Assembly (NCBI GenBank): GCA_951406725.2
Contig: OX597823.1
Span: 88,412,001-88,476,000, forward strand
Length of the DNA stretch: 64,000 bases
Reading direction: 5' to 3'
Source: Octopus vulgaris
Lineage: Eukaryota
Under the pieces are notes generated by a model. The model did no database searches and was not told the DNA's origin. It saw nothing but the letters and a program-made list of their open reading frames with translations. Below are positions 45,721 through 60,161 of the stretch, piece after piece. The position numbers and the translations under genes are program-made. The number at the start of each line of letters is the position of its first letter. Positions within the stretch are counted from its first letter, which is position 1.

Positions 45721-48514
45721 TATTTTATTAATAGTTAAAAATAGTATTGGGAAATAGATTATCAGTGAAGGAAAGTATGATTTAAATGACGGAAAGAACC
45801 ATAAACTTGGGTTTACTCGATCCCTACTGTCCTGCAGTACGATAATAAAATCAATAACCAGTATAGAGAGAAACATCTCGCAGTAATAGAATATGTGTAG
45901 AATGCTTTTGGCAATATAAAAATCGGAGCATTTCGTTGCGCTTAATCTCACTGTGTGTCTTACATTAGTTTACTTTGTATGACAGTATATATTAATATAA
46001 AGTAAAATTTAGGAACCGGATTTGATATGCCTCTACAGTTAGTTTGTAAGCACGAGCAATAAATAACACTCAAAACATACATGATTGATCCTTAGGTGAT
46101 AATAGGCGAAGGAAGTAACGAAAACGGCTTTAAGCATGAATTGCATATTTGGCATCCAAGGGACATCTGTCCACTGTGTCCTTATCTTTAAATGTTTATG
46201 TCTTCTAAACTGGAATAGTTATTCAAACATTAACACTTTATGAGAGGTGAAATATAAAAAAAAATAACCCATGAATATCATTCTAGAGGGCCACAACTGT
46301 ATAAAATCTCCCATATTGAAATACAAAATTTAATAATAAATACGTAAACGAATTTATTGTGGAAAATTTGGAATGCATAGCAATCCATTTTTCTCTTATT
46401 TGCCAGCAGGGGATTGAAGAGGATTCAACCAGAAATGGAAGCATCAACTCATTGGTTGCTTCACAAAATTCACCGTGTTTTGTTGAATTCAATCGTCATG
46501 CTCATAATAGATACTCTCACAGCTTCAAATCCATCTGCCAGACTTGAAGCAGATATAGAGTAAAGTAGGTTTCTCATGAACGAGGCGACGAAAGGACTTC
46601 GAGAAACCTAGCAGTTTGATTGACTGGCCGAAGGAGAAATTAAACATTCGATTATTTAATTGCTTGCAAATTGACAAAAGATAATAAAAGGAATAACATG
46701 CTTTTATTATCTTTTGTGTGTTTATTACTATTTTAATGACCAGTAATAAACAACACAATTTCTCTCAACACACGAGTTCACATTCAGAATCTTGTAAACT
46801 AAATACAAAACCAAAATTATCGTGAAGATATAGATAGAATGGCAGAGAACGACGATGTCGGTCAAACATTAAATCAGATCCTACAACGATTGTTATTGAA
46901 CCATGTAAAATATTTAATATATTTCGAACGTGTCGACAAGAACTTTGGAATTATGTTAATTCATATCCAAAATGAATACTGTATATTTCATCTTCGTATG
47001 TAGATTACGAAGATCAAAGAGGAAATAGTGCTCATATTAATTAGCCTAACGAAATGATGTGATAACACATCCAAGAAGATGCAACTGGTTATTCACTGGC
47101 CATTTATATGTTACATAACCAGTCTCATTACCGAGTGTATGGTTATGAAATATTCCGTTCAGATATAGATTGAGTTAAACGAGTTACCAGACTAGAGAAT
47201 AAATATTAGTCTTATTCGAGTTTAATGATTGTAGCTAACAAATCAAGAATTTAATAAATACACCACTAATTACAAGACAGGAGTGATTTCGTATTTAGAG
47301 ACATTTAGATATGTACGATATATAGTATATTCGATTGTGTTCCACTAATAATACACCTACGTTTATTTTATACATAGAGGCATTTATAGAGGATGTTCAT
47401 TACACAAAATAGTGAACAGAATGCTTCTACATCATTGATATATAATTCACTGCAAAGGGAGGTAACTAATTGATGCAAGCATCATTAGGCCGTCTCTACC
47501 ATTCTACTGCGTTTAAATACGCAATATTATTGATTGCCAACTGTAGCACAGTTCCTTAAAAATATACAATAACTATTAATGATTATATTAATTTTTATAA
47601 CAACAATCTAGTACATTCTAGATAAGTATCAATGCGAAATGTTCAGTTTTCTTTTGAAAATACGCCCCCACCACTGAATAGTGGGGTAGTTGGTTGGTCA
47701 GTTTTTAGATCTTATATTGCCTAATTGAATCTAAATAAGGGAATATTAGAATCAGTTATTCGTGTTAGAAGAATTTTCATATCAAATGTTCCGCTGAATA
47801 CATAACGATACTTCAACAAATCTACATCTATAATATGATTGAATTAGCGTTGCATGACGGTGCATAGCTCTAATTAGCACAATCTTTATACGCTTTCCAG
47901 CTATAGAATAATCGATATTATTTCGATGATTTTGTAATATATGAATAAATTCAAAATGCGCCAATATAATAGTTTTTCAGTTGAAGGGGTTTTTGTTAGA
48001 AATACTTTCTTTTATATAATATCTACATTATGTCAATATTTTCTTGTATTGGGTATTATTTTTTTTAATCGACAGGCCTATCATTTATATGTCTATAATT
48101 CTCCTTCGTTCTATTATATTCGATAATTCAAATATCATATCTTCATTTATCACATGCAGATTATATATTTTTATATAGCAAAACTGGAAAGCAAAATCGT
48201 TCGCACCAGCTCGTCTCGTATCATCATCAAATATATTCGTGCTAATAACTCCGGTCTTTGAACTGCTTTTACGTTTGCTTTTAATTGCAGTTAGACATTG
48301 CAGTATTAGAAACGAATATATTGCTGTATATTTTATTACTTTGGTTCTAATGAAATATGAACCCACAGAAATTTGGGGTTTTAATTATTTTATATAACTT
48401 AACATGGGCATGGCTATATAGATACGAAATGCACTTCGAAAATGTGTGGTTTCGTGTCCAGTTCTTCTGTACACTACCTCGGGCAAATGTCTTCTACTGG
48501 AGATGAAAAATAGG

Positions 48515-49082
48515 TAATAGGTTGTCGAGAAAGTTCTTACGGTTTTTAACATTTCAATTCAGATGCACATATCTTCGCTCAAACAAAATTTTATTAATCG
48601 AAATAAGCACCGCCAGAATCAACACACTTTTGCCAACGCGAAACAAGTTGATTTATGTCAATAGTGTAAAAATCCTGCGTTCTGGTGGCGATGAAGTCGT
48701 TGAAGGCGTGTTTGGCATTGGTAGGCGAAAGGTCAGGTGAGTATGGCGGATGAGGCAGTTTCGTAGTGCAATTCGTTCAACTTCTGCAGGGTCAGTTGTG
48801 TGACGTGCGGCCGAGCGTTATCGTGGAGAAGAATTGGTCCTTGTCTATTGACCAATGCTGGATGTTGTTGTCGAAGTTTCATATGCATTTCATCCACTTG
48901 CTGACATTACTTCTCCCCTGTAATGGTTTCGACTGGATGCAAAAAGCTGTAATGGATAAGACCGGCCGCAGACCACCAAACAGTCATAATGACCTTCTTT
49001 TGGTGCAGGTTTGGCTTCAGGAAGTTCCGTGGGCCTTCGTCGGCGTCCAACCACTGAGCTGAGCATCGCCAGTTGTCGTACT
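48515..49082 (-). pseudogene. Mariner (DD34D-type) transposase 3' fragment with TIR
   Basis: YDN..SAQWLD, KKVIMTVWWS, PILLHDNARPH, PHPPYSPDLSPT, LVSRWQKCVDSGGAYFD; one stop, a frameshift and a deletion; TIR taataggttgtcgagaaagt. Confidence 0.9.
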
Positions 49083-49244
49083 ATGTTTAAATATTTTTTG
49101 ATAGATTTGTTCGAAATTTTACCGGCATCCTCTCTGTTGCCGGAAATGAACTGCATCGAGGCAGTTGTTTTGAAAAATTAGGATATACAGGCAACTAGTT
49201 TACATGCGAATCTAGTTGTGTGTATATTTGAAATCTAAAGGCTC

Positions 49245-49311
49245 CCTACTGACGAAAACTAGCCTCAGTAAATATTTTTTTACTGGAATGAGTTAGAAAC
49301 TATGGTCTAGG
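49245..49311 (+). ncRNA. Minimal type I hammerhead ribozyme (family c)
   Basis: ccta-CTGACGA-aaact...agtta-GAAA-ctatgg-TC-tagg; GUC triplet; near-palindromic minimal stem III; ~230 nt later the sequence runs into (TA)n. Confidence 0.78.
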
Positions 49312-49537
49312 AACTAAATTAGATGGTAAACGTTTTTAATTTTCAATCCTTTCGAGAATTTATCCATAATTAGTGGATTGAGTGTTCTACTGCTCTTTCT
49401 AGCACAAGGCTTTCCTACTTGGAAGCCTCTTAATGTGTTCTAATGTACACGATATTTTTATGTGAATGATATATAGTCTATTGACTTTTTTTGTGCTAGG
49501 CCACTGGTAATAATAATTTCTATAATTCTTATTACCC

Positions 49538-49586
<49 letters not shown>

Positions 49587-49949
49587 CATATACATACACA
49601 CACATTCACATGCATATCCCGACATGTGGGAGGGGGTGGATTTTGTTATATACTGAAAATCATGATGAGTTTATATGCAGAATGAAAGGAATATATAGAA
49701 CAGATTTTTGAGTTTTGAGGGTTTCAGGCAGGCATAAGGTTGTTTGAAAAGTTAAAGTAAATGTCAGCTTTCTGTAACCTTAATATAACTGCACGAATAG
49801 CTACAGAAAAAAAACTCCAAAAAGATTTATTCAAACTTTTGCGGATATTCTAGAAAAGTTCAGTTTTATTACACAAGAGAAAGGAGGTGACGACACTAGT
49901 GCTCTGGGAAAAATTTGCCAAAAAGAACATGTCATTTCGGTATAACATT

Positions 49950-50900
49950 TTTTTTTTGGCATAATACATCTGAGTACGGAGTAACATTAGTTGTTGGTAG
50001 TAACATAGGCATTTACCTGGTGGCTGTGAAAGGAAAAACCCTGCTAGTCAATCACAGAGGACAAATTAGACTGTACGAAAGAGTTTGAAATATTATCAGA
50101 ATTTTAAAAGTGAAATCCATAATATTTGTGTTACTGCAGCTACGATTCAAGGTTGCTTAATTTTGACGTTGATTCTTCAGTTAAATGTTATTTTGCCTGC
50201 AGTAATTTATCATTTAAGACATTGTGACTATGCGATGTTGCTTGTAGACATTCGAAAGTATTGTACGTCTTTGTTCTGAAATTAAAGTTATATCTTTCTT
50301 ACTTCTAAATAAAAAAAAGGAAAATATTTCCAAAGTACCAAGCAGTAATATCAAACTTGAAATGGTATCACACGATGATATCTGTTAACCATGGGTATCA
50401 ATGCAGTTGATAAAGAAGTGTTTAAAACAAAATGAGTTGTGTAACGCTATAGAATCCGTAATGCTATCAATCATACGGGAGTCTGCTGGGACGAGATAAA
50501 AATGTCAGCGAAACAAAGCTGCTAGAGAAAATAATACCCAGATATAATACCGTTTCTAAACTGCGTACAGGATAGCTTCTCAAGCTGTCACAACAGAACT
50601 TGCTTCGCTTAAGAGCCAACTTCACTTGTAAATCCCCACTGAATAGCTGAATGAACTAACAATGTCTCTTTCAAGGCCTCTGACCAGTGGGGCTGATTGA
50701 CATGCAAGAGGAAATTAAAGATGTCGATAATGATAATGAAGAGGAAATAACTCTTAAAAGTGTTGGCACAATGGAAAATTTAATAACCAGATTTCATTAC
50801 AAAATGTGTTTCAAAAATATTAAATGAAATAACTCCGAAAGAATTTTATTGGTTCACAGAGTTATTAATAATGATGCGGCTTACTATAACCTCCATTATA
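49950..50900 (+). pseudogene. Possible heavily decayed pogo/Tigger transposase
   Basis: Scattered peptides MLLVD, AVISNLK, WDEIK, LIDMQEEIKDVDNDNEEE in Tigger-like order; many frameshifts. Confidence 0.3.
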
Positions 50901-51252
50901 GGGATAAGAGGCGCAGTGTTAAGCAAACGCTTGGCCATTTGCAAGAGAATTGCAGAATTGATCATTAATCTATATCATAGATTAATTATCTATAATAATT
51001 ATGATTAATGAAAATTATCTACATTTGGTGTGTCTTTATGGTAATAAATATGTTTATTAATTAAAATTTATTGTCGGTATTTTCATCTCTATTTTATGAT
51101 TGGATTTGGTTTCGATAAAACTTCAGAGGAATAAAATTGCTGCCAATATTTAGTCACTTTTTGTCTCCTGTTAAATCTTCTAGCGAACAAAAGAAGAAAT
51201 TCCTAACTTATGTATTCAATGTGGTAAAATTGGGAAATTCGCTATACTTCAG

Positions 51253-51339
<87 letters not shown>

Positions 51340-51485
51340 TGTGTGTGTGTAGAGAGAGAGAGACTGACAGACAGACATGCAGTATGTTTGTATGTATGTA
51401 TATACATATTCACATATTTATACATGTATATACGCACATACACACAAATACATATACATACACATATTTACATGCGTATATATAC

Positions 51486-51806
51486 TTGGCTACGAATCGC
51501 TTCCCCACCAAGCTTATTCTCCAAACCTTTCTCCTACCGACTACCACTTTTTCAAGCAGCTTGATGATTTTCTGCGAGACAAGGAGTTCAAAAATCAAAC
51601 CGATGCTGAAAGTACATTGAAAGAGTTCATCAGCTCAAAAACTCCAGATTTTTATGCTATCAGAATAAACAAAATTGTAACTTGTTGGCAAAAACGTGTT
51701 GAATTTAATGGTACTTATTTAGATGAATAAAATTTCCGCATTATTTTAATGTATTGTGATGAATTTCATGTTTCAAAACGTTGCTTACTTTTTTCTTAGC
51801 CTGATA
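51486..51806 (+). pseudogene. Mariner transposase C-terminal fragment with 3' TIR
   Basis: LGYESLPHQAYSPNLSPTDYHFFKQLDDFL...INKIVTCWQKRVEFNGTYLD; TIR-like ttacttttttcttagcctgata then TA. Confidence 0.88.
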
Positions 51807-51849
51807 TACATATACACACACTATATATACACTATAAATAAATAAATAA

Positions 51850-51974
<125 letters not shown>

Positions 51975-52240
51975 TATTAGCCAGTGTTTTCAAAGCGATG
52001 AATAGTTTTTGCTGAAATCATGGTTCGCTTTGTTCTCTTACTTTATTATCATCTTATAATCATCTCATAATAATGACTTTTTTTACTTTTATTACTACCT
52101 CAGTTCATCTAAATGCATCTATTTGTCGTCACCTGTCATAAAAAGCCTTTTTTTTATTTGCAATGTGCATTTTCGTTGATGTTTCATATTTTACCCATAC
52201 ATTTCCACGTGTATTTTATTTTTTTTTTGTAACATATTTC

Positions 52241-52297
<57 letters not shown>

Positions 52298-52801
52298 AGA
52301 TAAATAAGAATGAATCACACAATTTTGTAAACTTGATAAAAACCTTGAGAGCTTCGACGTGTCTGAGCGTAAATTTGTTCCGAGGGTATAAATATACTCA
52401 GTATTTCAGCTGAGACGGCTATAAAAATTAGTGCCACAACAAAGGCTAAGACGACCAGAAACGAAATTGCTTTTCATGGACATTTTTCTGTTTGTTTCTA
52501 TTTCTTTTATACAAGATTACCTTCACGTAGAAGGAATGCCAAATGCGAAACGGGGAAGGGGCCCTTCTCATTCTAATGAACCCATTGCTAGAAACCTAAC
52601 AAGAGCTACCACTCCGAGTCAGAGTAGATCTGTAGACGTATATGCACATATACATATATATATACATATGCATATAAAGGGATAAGAAGAGAAATCTAAA
52701 TAAGCAAATATATAAATAAACACACAGATGACAAGGTAAATAGGTAGGTGAATATTTAAATATATGTAGAATGGAAGGTGGACAAACAGACAGCCAGCCA
52801 C

Positions 52802-52804
<3 letters not shown>

Positions 52805-52900
<96 letters not shown>

Positions 52901-53031
52901 TATAGATAGATAGATATATAAATATATAACTTTCTTTATTGGCCACACAGGGCTGGACACAGAGGGGACAAATACAAATGTAAAGTTATATAGATAGATA
53001 GATAGATATATAGATAGATAGATAGATAGAC

Positions 53032-53080
<49 letters not shown>

Positions 53081-53098
53081 TGTAGATATATAGATATG

Positions 53099-53172
<74 letters not shown>

Positions 53173-53230
53173 TGTAGATATATAGATATGTAGATAGATA
53201 GATAGATCGATATGTAGATATATAGATATG

Positions 53231-53322
<92 letters not shown>
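52805..53322. repeat. (TA)n/(GATA)n microsatellite block
   Basis: Directly visible. Confidence 0.95.
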
Positions 53323-53797
53323 GTGACTCAGCCTGAAGGGGCTTAATTGTTTACCCAGAAATAATTCTCAACAATGAAATTACAATCAATTCATTTTACG
53401 AATTTACTATACATTGACAAATAGTGAGAAAAGAATTTCGTCAATTAATAGTGAAGTCATATAATAGATGAGATTGTTGTCGTTCAATTATCCTAACTTA
53501 TTTTTTAATGATAGCGGATTTTTAAATAAAACATTCTAAGTCCGTTCATAACCGATGAACAAAAGCGAAAGATTCTTTGCGTGTAAGTCTTATATTAAGA
53601 TTGCATATGACAAATGTTATATGCAAATTGGAATGCAAATATATTCTGACGGGCTAAGAATATTTCGACCACGAATAGCCAATTTGATACATTAAACATC
53701 ATGACCAAACTTATTTCCAGATACATTTCTATACCACATTAGTTTTAAATGAAATATAATTACTATCTGTTAGACAGAGGATATATATATATATATA

Positions 53798-54078
53798 TCA
53801 CGTGATCACGTGACCGACCAGCCCATCAGATGTTGCTACACATCGCTGATCACAATGCGTTCGCATTGTTTTAGCCTTCGTATGACGCCACCCCGCTGGC
53901 CAAGCGAGCAGGCCAACAGACGAAAGAGTGAGAGAAAGAGTGGTGAAAGAGAACAGCAGGGATCACCACCCCCTGCCGGAGCGTCATGGAGCTATTAGGT
54001 GCTTTCGCTCAATAAATATACACAACGACCGGTCTGGAAATCGAAACCGCGAGTCCGCTGCCCTAACCACTGGGCCAT

Positions 54079-54079
<1 letters not shown>
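53798..54079 (-). mobile_element. tRNA-derived SINE (family C) between (TA)n tracts
   Basis: Minus-strand head tggcccagtggttagggcagcggactcgcggtttcgatttcc (A and B boxes). Confidence 0.7.
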
Positions 54080-54110
<31 letters not shown>

Positions 54111-54462
54111 CGAATACCACACTTATATACGCATAAAACACATAAAATCGAAAATATTCTTTTAATTGTTTGCACCATTGGATTTCGGCAATGTCAGAGC
54201 AACGACTTCATGTGTTTTGGTCAGAGTCAAAATATTAGTCATCACTACTTATTTCAAGACGAGAACATATTTTGTCATCTAATTTTGGCATACCAATACG
54301 TGCGCGTGTGTATGTTAGTCTGTGTATTCATATAAATTCGATTAAAATTCGCAAGTCTCAATCTACGACATTCACTCAAAAGCCATCGGGCCGCTCGAGC
54401 GTATCGCCGAAGAGAGTTAACCAAGACTGACCCAGGTTATCTGAAATTGAAGCCACATATTC

Positions 54463-54602
54463 TGTTCTACTCTAGGCACAAGGCCCGAAATTTTGGGGGA
54501 AGGGGCCAGTTGATAAGATCGATGCCCATTACACAACGGCTACTTAATTTATCTACTCCGAAAGGAAGAAAGGCAAAGCCGACCGCGACGGAATTTGAAC
54601 TC
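54463..54602 (-). mobile_element. SINE family A variant fragment
   Basis: ggcacaaggcccgaaattttgggg..gaaaggcaaagccgacc..ggaatttgaactc. Confidence 0.65.
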
Positions 54603-54608
54603 TTCTTC

Positions 54609-54667
<59 letters not shown>

Positions 54668-55450
54668 TATAGATGTACATATATATTTGTGAGAGCATAT
54701 ATGTGAGTATACTGTTGCATGGCTGCATGCATGGACGGATAGGTACAGTCCACACTCATTATGCTATCGATTTTCAAGATGCGAACGAATGCGAAGTCAA
54801 CTGCACACACACAGTTTCCCCACGAGTTTCATACACGCGTAACGTATCCCCGCAAATCCGATTAACTTTCAGATATCTCTTTATTTCCCTCGCTACGAAA
54901 ACACACAGGCTTAGGAATAAATAAATACATAATCATTTACTTACAGGAAGTCTAACATAGAGCGTAAGTGTAGCTACACTATTGCTACAGGTCTTTGAAC
55001 CGCTTTTCAATAGCTGTTTGAACCAGGGTAACGCATGGGACTTCATGTTGTATATTACAGCAGAACTGACTTACATACTTGAAGGAAAATCTGATTTGGT
55101 ATTTCTTCATAACTTTCACGAGAGCAAGCATGAAATATAGCTGAAGTAAAGCATGGCTGAACTTGTAAGATTTGAGCCAACGATGCAATTAAATTTTAAA
55201 AGATACATTAGCATGAAATGAACTAATACGCGATTACGTATGTAACCTTCAATAAATTAATGTTGCTTTGTTGTTTATTGATTTACGTTTGCTTTTCAAG
55301 AAATCATATCCGCTCTATGGAATTCGATTTTCCTGCATAATCTATACGATATATATTTTGCTTCAATGACTTTTCTTTCCGCGTTAAATTATTAATAAGA
55401 AACTGTCAATATACATACATATATACATACATACATACATACTTACATAT

Positions 55451-55523
<73 letters not shown>

Positions 55524-55851
55524 CACACACACGTATATATAAGCGTGTATGAAACTTGCTGACTAAGCAGCGAATAACCTACATACGGTGTTAGAATTTT
55601 CCATCGTATATGCGAAAAAATTTTGCTGCGAAGAAACTTAGACATGTTCAAGAAACTAGGCAGGAGCACTGTCTTATACAATAACTATTAGCATTCGGGA
55701 ATTGTGTGCTGATGCTAACATGTTTTTGCAATGACTTTAGATATATATACTTCTTTACTACCCACAAGGGACTAAACATAGAGGAGACAAACAAGGACAG
55801 GCTTTAGATATATAACTTACACATTAACATACACGCATGAACATACATAAA

Positions 55852-56111
55852 GACCCTCTTCGGTCATGAATGACCCAGGGATTGTAAGTAGAAAGTTCCC
55901 CTGCGAGGCACAAATCCAGGCAAATTTGTTTATAGAAGTCTAGCAGTCATCCATGCATACAAGTCTCCACTCTCCACACCACCGATGTTATCCAAGGGAG
56001 AGGCAAAGGCCGATATAGTTTATCATAAGAACACAACACACATTCTGGTCCGGGAATCGAACACACGACCTCGTGATTTTTGACCCAAAGTTCTAACCAC
56101 TATGCCATACG
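55852..56111 (-). mobile_element. tRNA-derived SINE (family D)
   Basis: Minus-strand head tggcatagtggttag...gttcgattcccgg (A and B boxes). Confidence 0.6.
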
Positions 56112-57566
56112 GCTACTACTGCGTGAGTTAGAGCTCCGCGTAAAGCATCATTATCCAGTCACTTTCTAGTACAATGCTTAGACTACAACTGTGTCTTGCT
56201 GTGTTACTAGTTATGACATACAGAACCCCTCTAGTGGGCAATGAAGATAAACATCAGTATACATACTTAATCCCTACGCACATTGCGTTTATTTGGGACT
56301 GAGTATTGAATTACCATGAGGATTTAATGCCTAATTGAATTAGACCTTCAAGGATAAGTCTTTATTGTATTATGTTACAGAGATCTAAAACGAAAGATAG
56401 ATAGCTGCACAGAAAAGAAGGTTATATCAAAGACACCATGGTCTCAGCTACATATACCCTGGAGACTGAATTCGTCAGCGCAATATAGTACGTTTATGAG
56501 AAGGTAAGCGGTAAAAGAATTTAGCAGAGGACTTTTGATAACATGTATACGGATATCATGATGGCCAGATAAACGTGTCATTTTTTTTTCTTCTCTGAAT
56601 ATATTTGTTTTGGTTGAAAACAATATTAACTCGGTACACAAAATAAAATTTGAAATCGTATGATATTTCATCCTGTAACCATGGAACCATTTTTATCACA
56701 TTACGAAGCACTCGGTTAAGATCTATGTGATTGTGTCATGCGTTAGAAATAAAATCCAAATGATCTCCTTCAAAATACAATTCCGTTCGTTTACAAATAA
56801 AGGTAGAATTGATAATATAGTTATTGATATATGATGGATAGAATGGTCACATTTGGAGTATCTTCAACCACAGGTTCCTTCTATTTGATTTAACCTGGGA
56901 CTATACAAAATCAGCAACAACCACAACATGTAGAAACCAACGTAATGATGTGTGTTATGATTATATGAAGTAGAAGTAATATTTGAATCAATACGTAGAA
57001 AAAGCGTTCACAAAAAATATGTATCGCGCTTTTCCATTAATATTTGCCCTAAAGCATATCCATTATGAAACGTTATTCTGTAGGCGGTAACAAAAAAAAA
57101 GAACGCCAAAAAAATCATGTCAATACTATTGTAACGCGCGTTCTTCAGAACCACAAGGAAAATTTTTCTTCCGCTAAAATTGGTGCATGTGAGAAGTAAA
57201 TTAAATTTAGAGTTTCTACGTTTATCTTCCCAGCTACATGCGTTAACATCTAGAACTTTGATTTTTAGTTTATGTTATTGAACTATATTAAATTCCATAA
57301 AACATATCGATTTTCTTTTTAAAGAATGCCTTTTGCAGCGAGTTGTCAAAGGATAACGCGTGAAAGTGAATTTCCGATAATAAATATACGTAAGGAATTG
57401 TTCTATGGTTAATATTAAGAAAATGGAAGAAAATGGACAAATGTTCTAATATTATGTTCTTTAGTACACTCACCGACATAAATATTGCACACTGTAATAT
57501 AAATACTTGTATATTTGTGCACCTCTATAGAGGCGTAGACAAGAAACCTGACCTTTTATAGCGAAG

Positions 57567-57634
57567 CCTCAGCGGCTCAGTGTTTAGTGTAGACAAACGG
57601 TCATTGGTCTACGCTAATCATTGAGTCGCTGAGG
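57567..57634 (+). other. 68 nt hairpin, pre-miRNA-like or mini-MITE
   Basis: 28 bp stem with three G:U pairs and one U-U mismatch, 12 nt loop. Confidence 0.45.
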
Positions 57635-57656
57635 GTGGGGGTATAATTATTAGTAG

Positions 57657-57884
57657 ACGGCGGCGAGCTGCCAGAAACGTTAGCACGCCGGTCGAAATGC
57701 GTAGCCGTATTTAGTCTGTCGTTACGTTCCGAGTTCAAATTCCGCCGAGGTCGACTTTGCCTTTAATCCTTTCAGGGTCGATAAATTAAGTACCAGTTAC
57801 GCACTGGGGTCGATCTAATCGACTTTTCCCTTTGTCCTTGTTTGTCCCCTCTGTGTTTAGCCCCTAGTGGGTAGTAAAGAAATA
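57657..57884 (+). mobile_element. SINE family A, young full-length copy with TSD-like flanks
   Basis: Near-consensus body; tataattattagtaga repeated at 57642-57657 and 57885-57900. Confidence 0.9.
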
Positions 57885-58004
57885 TATAATTATTAGTAGA
57901 TGCAGAATTAAATGGGTCGTTCAGAAGTTCACTTCGCAAATACGCACTTGAGGTTCAACCCCAGAAGGCCACAAGTAAAATAGTGAATGAAAATAACGGT
58001 TCTG

Positions 58005-58205
58005 AATTAAGGCCAACAATTTTAAGGAAAGAGGGTTTAGTCATTACCAACGATCACCGTTCATGGCTGATATTTAATCTTTTTGATCCCAAAAAGATGA
58101 AAGGAAAAGCTGGTCTCGGAACAATTTAAATACAGTGTGTAAGGAGCCGGAAAAAATACGGCTAAGCAATTTTGACTGGATTGCTAACGATGCTGCCAGC
58201 AGGTT
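58005..58205 (-). mobile_element. Decayed SINE family A variant
   Basis: aaggccaacaatttt..gatgaaagg..gctaagca..gctaacgatgctgccagc. Confidence 0.55.
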
Positions 58206-58244
58206 TCTTAAAGTGTATTCATAAAATATGTTCATATTGAAACG

Positions 58245-58245
58245 G

Positions 58246-58294
<49 letters not shown>

Positions 58295-58341
58295 CAGCAG
58301 CAGCAGCAGCAGCAGCAGTAGCAGTAGTAGTAGTAGTAGTA
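58245..58341. repeat. (TAG)n(CAG)n repeat
   Basis: Directly visible; gives the spurious poly-Val/Ala ORF. Confidence 0.95.
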
Positions 58342-59921
58342 GGTGGTGATGATGGCGCTTATAGTTGCATTCCTGCTGCTGCAAGCATCAGAGGCGTTGC
58401 CGGTGCACCAAAGGTTGTAGAAGAATGTGATATTAACAACGCCGTTAGAAGTAGCTAAACAATAAAATACAGAAGTCGCTGAATGATAGTATGATAAACT
58501 TGAGGGAATTTTGAAGCGGGATTTTTGATGTATCTGCCTGTGCTATATTTGAAAGCAATACACGATACGCAAAAATTATTTCTGAATATCGCAAGTTTAT
58601 ATCTTTGTGGAAAATCACGTCTACGTTCGTTTTAAAGGGGATTTTTTATGTGTGTTGCATCAAGTTAACTTCAGGATTTTGTATCACTTGGACGGTGAAG
58701 ATCAACATGAATCTCAAATATGACTTGTGTTTACTGTTTTGTAACTAATAATGACGTTAGATATTACTTTTAAATATCACTTGTACAGATTTTAGTATAA
58801 TCTTTAAACACGGAGCCTCTCCCTTGTTGCTTTAGGAGGTTCCAGCCCTCGCAAAGGAATCCCATAGCTCTTTGAAGGTTGATAAACAAATTTCTAATGT
58901 TGTAGATGAATATGTTGAAAACATAGTAAATGAAAAAACATGTGTAAATATGATGCAAAAAGAACTTACTACCAACGTACGTTTCTCGTTTGAAAAACAT
59001 GAGATTTTTCCCCAGTATATGCTGTTTGTCTTAATAGTAATGCAATTCTTATCTAAAAATAATTAAATCTAGAGGCTAAACAAAAATTTTCTCAGCATGA
59101 AAACTATCTATCTCAGGGCAGCTATTTTTGAACATACAAGATTTTCTAAATATATATCATTTAGAGATACATATTTATAACATTTCTAGATATATATCTT
59201 TATTCTATAAATATTAGATATTTTGAAGTATAGTAAGTAATATGAATGCTTTATCTTATGATATCATACATCTGGTATCATATTTGATGTATCAAAGGAT
59301 ATAATATATAGGATATCATATATCTTTGGTGATAGAGTGCAGTAAATCACTTTGAAATGAAATGAAAAATACACATCATAATACTTGTTGATCTATTATT
59401 TTTACTGAAGGCTCAGATCCGGTAGCGTTAAAAATGAAATTCCTTCGATAACGAGAAAAGGAAATGAATATCAGAAGAGATGGTTGTATCACAAAAAAAC
59501 TAGGTTTAACATTTATCTCTATAAGCCTAAGTTTGTAAACGGCATTGATATTGCTTTGGTATTCCTTTTTTTCTTTCCAAAAACATTTGCATTAAATATC
59601 TCGTGGTATATTCAACCAAGTCATGAATACTTTTTTCATCAAATGATGTTTTATCAATCGCATTATTCATCATATATTGTTGATATTCTTCAGTTTTTAT
59701 CTTTTACTAGTTACGGTCATTGGACTGCGGCCACTCTGAATAGCTTAATCGAAAAAAATCGACCCCAGTAATTATTTTAATGTGTTATACTTATTCTGTC
59801 GAACACATTAACCGAACCGCCAGGTTACAGGGACAGCAAGAGTGTAACGCCTGTTTTCAAGCAGTTCTGAGACAAATGCAATGACACACACACAAACACA
59901 TACGTATATATATATATATAT

Positions 59922-60161
59922 ATTTTATTTTATAGAAGGAGCTTCTACAGGACTAGAACTGTTTCATTCAAAAGAAATCATCAGGAAGCTAGGTGACAAG
60001 AGTAGTTTTGGCATTTATACATTTAGGCAGGTTTAAAGGGGTGGTGGTGGGGGACTTTTTGGGGGTAGGCATGGCGCAAACTATCATTCTTAGGGGAGTG
60101 GTCAAACGCTATGTATTGAGTACCTTATTTACTGTGGTTAACCCCGACTCAACCCGGGACC

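Noticed and set aside
53980-56111. tRNA-like A/B boxes at 54035-54079 and 56050-56110
   Set aside because: No cloverleaf; they are SINE heads, not tRNA genes
58228-58458. Poly-Val/Ala ORF (and poly-Ser/Leu ORFs at 39331-39691)
   Set aside because: Trinucleotide microsatellites
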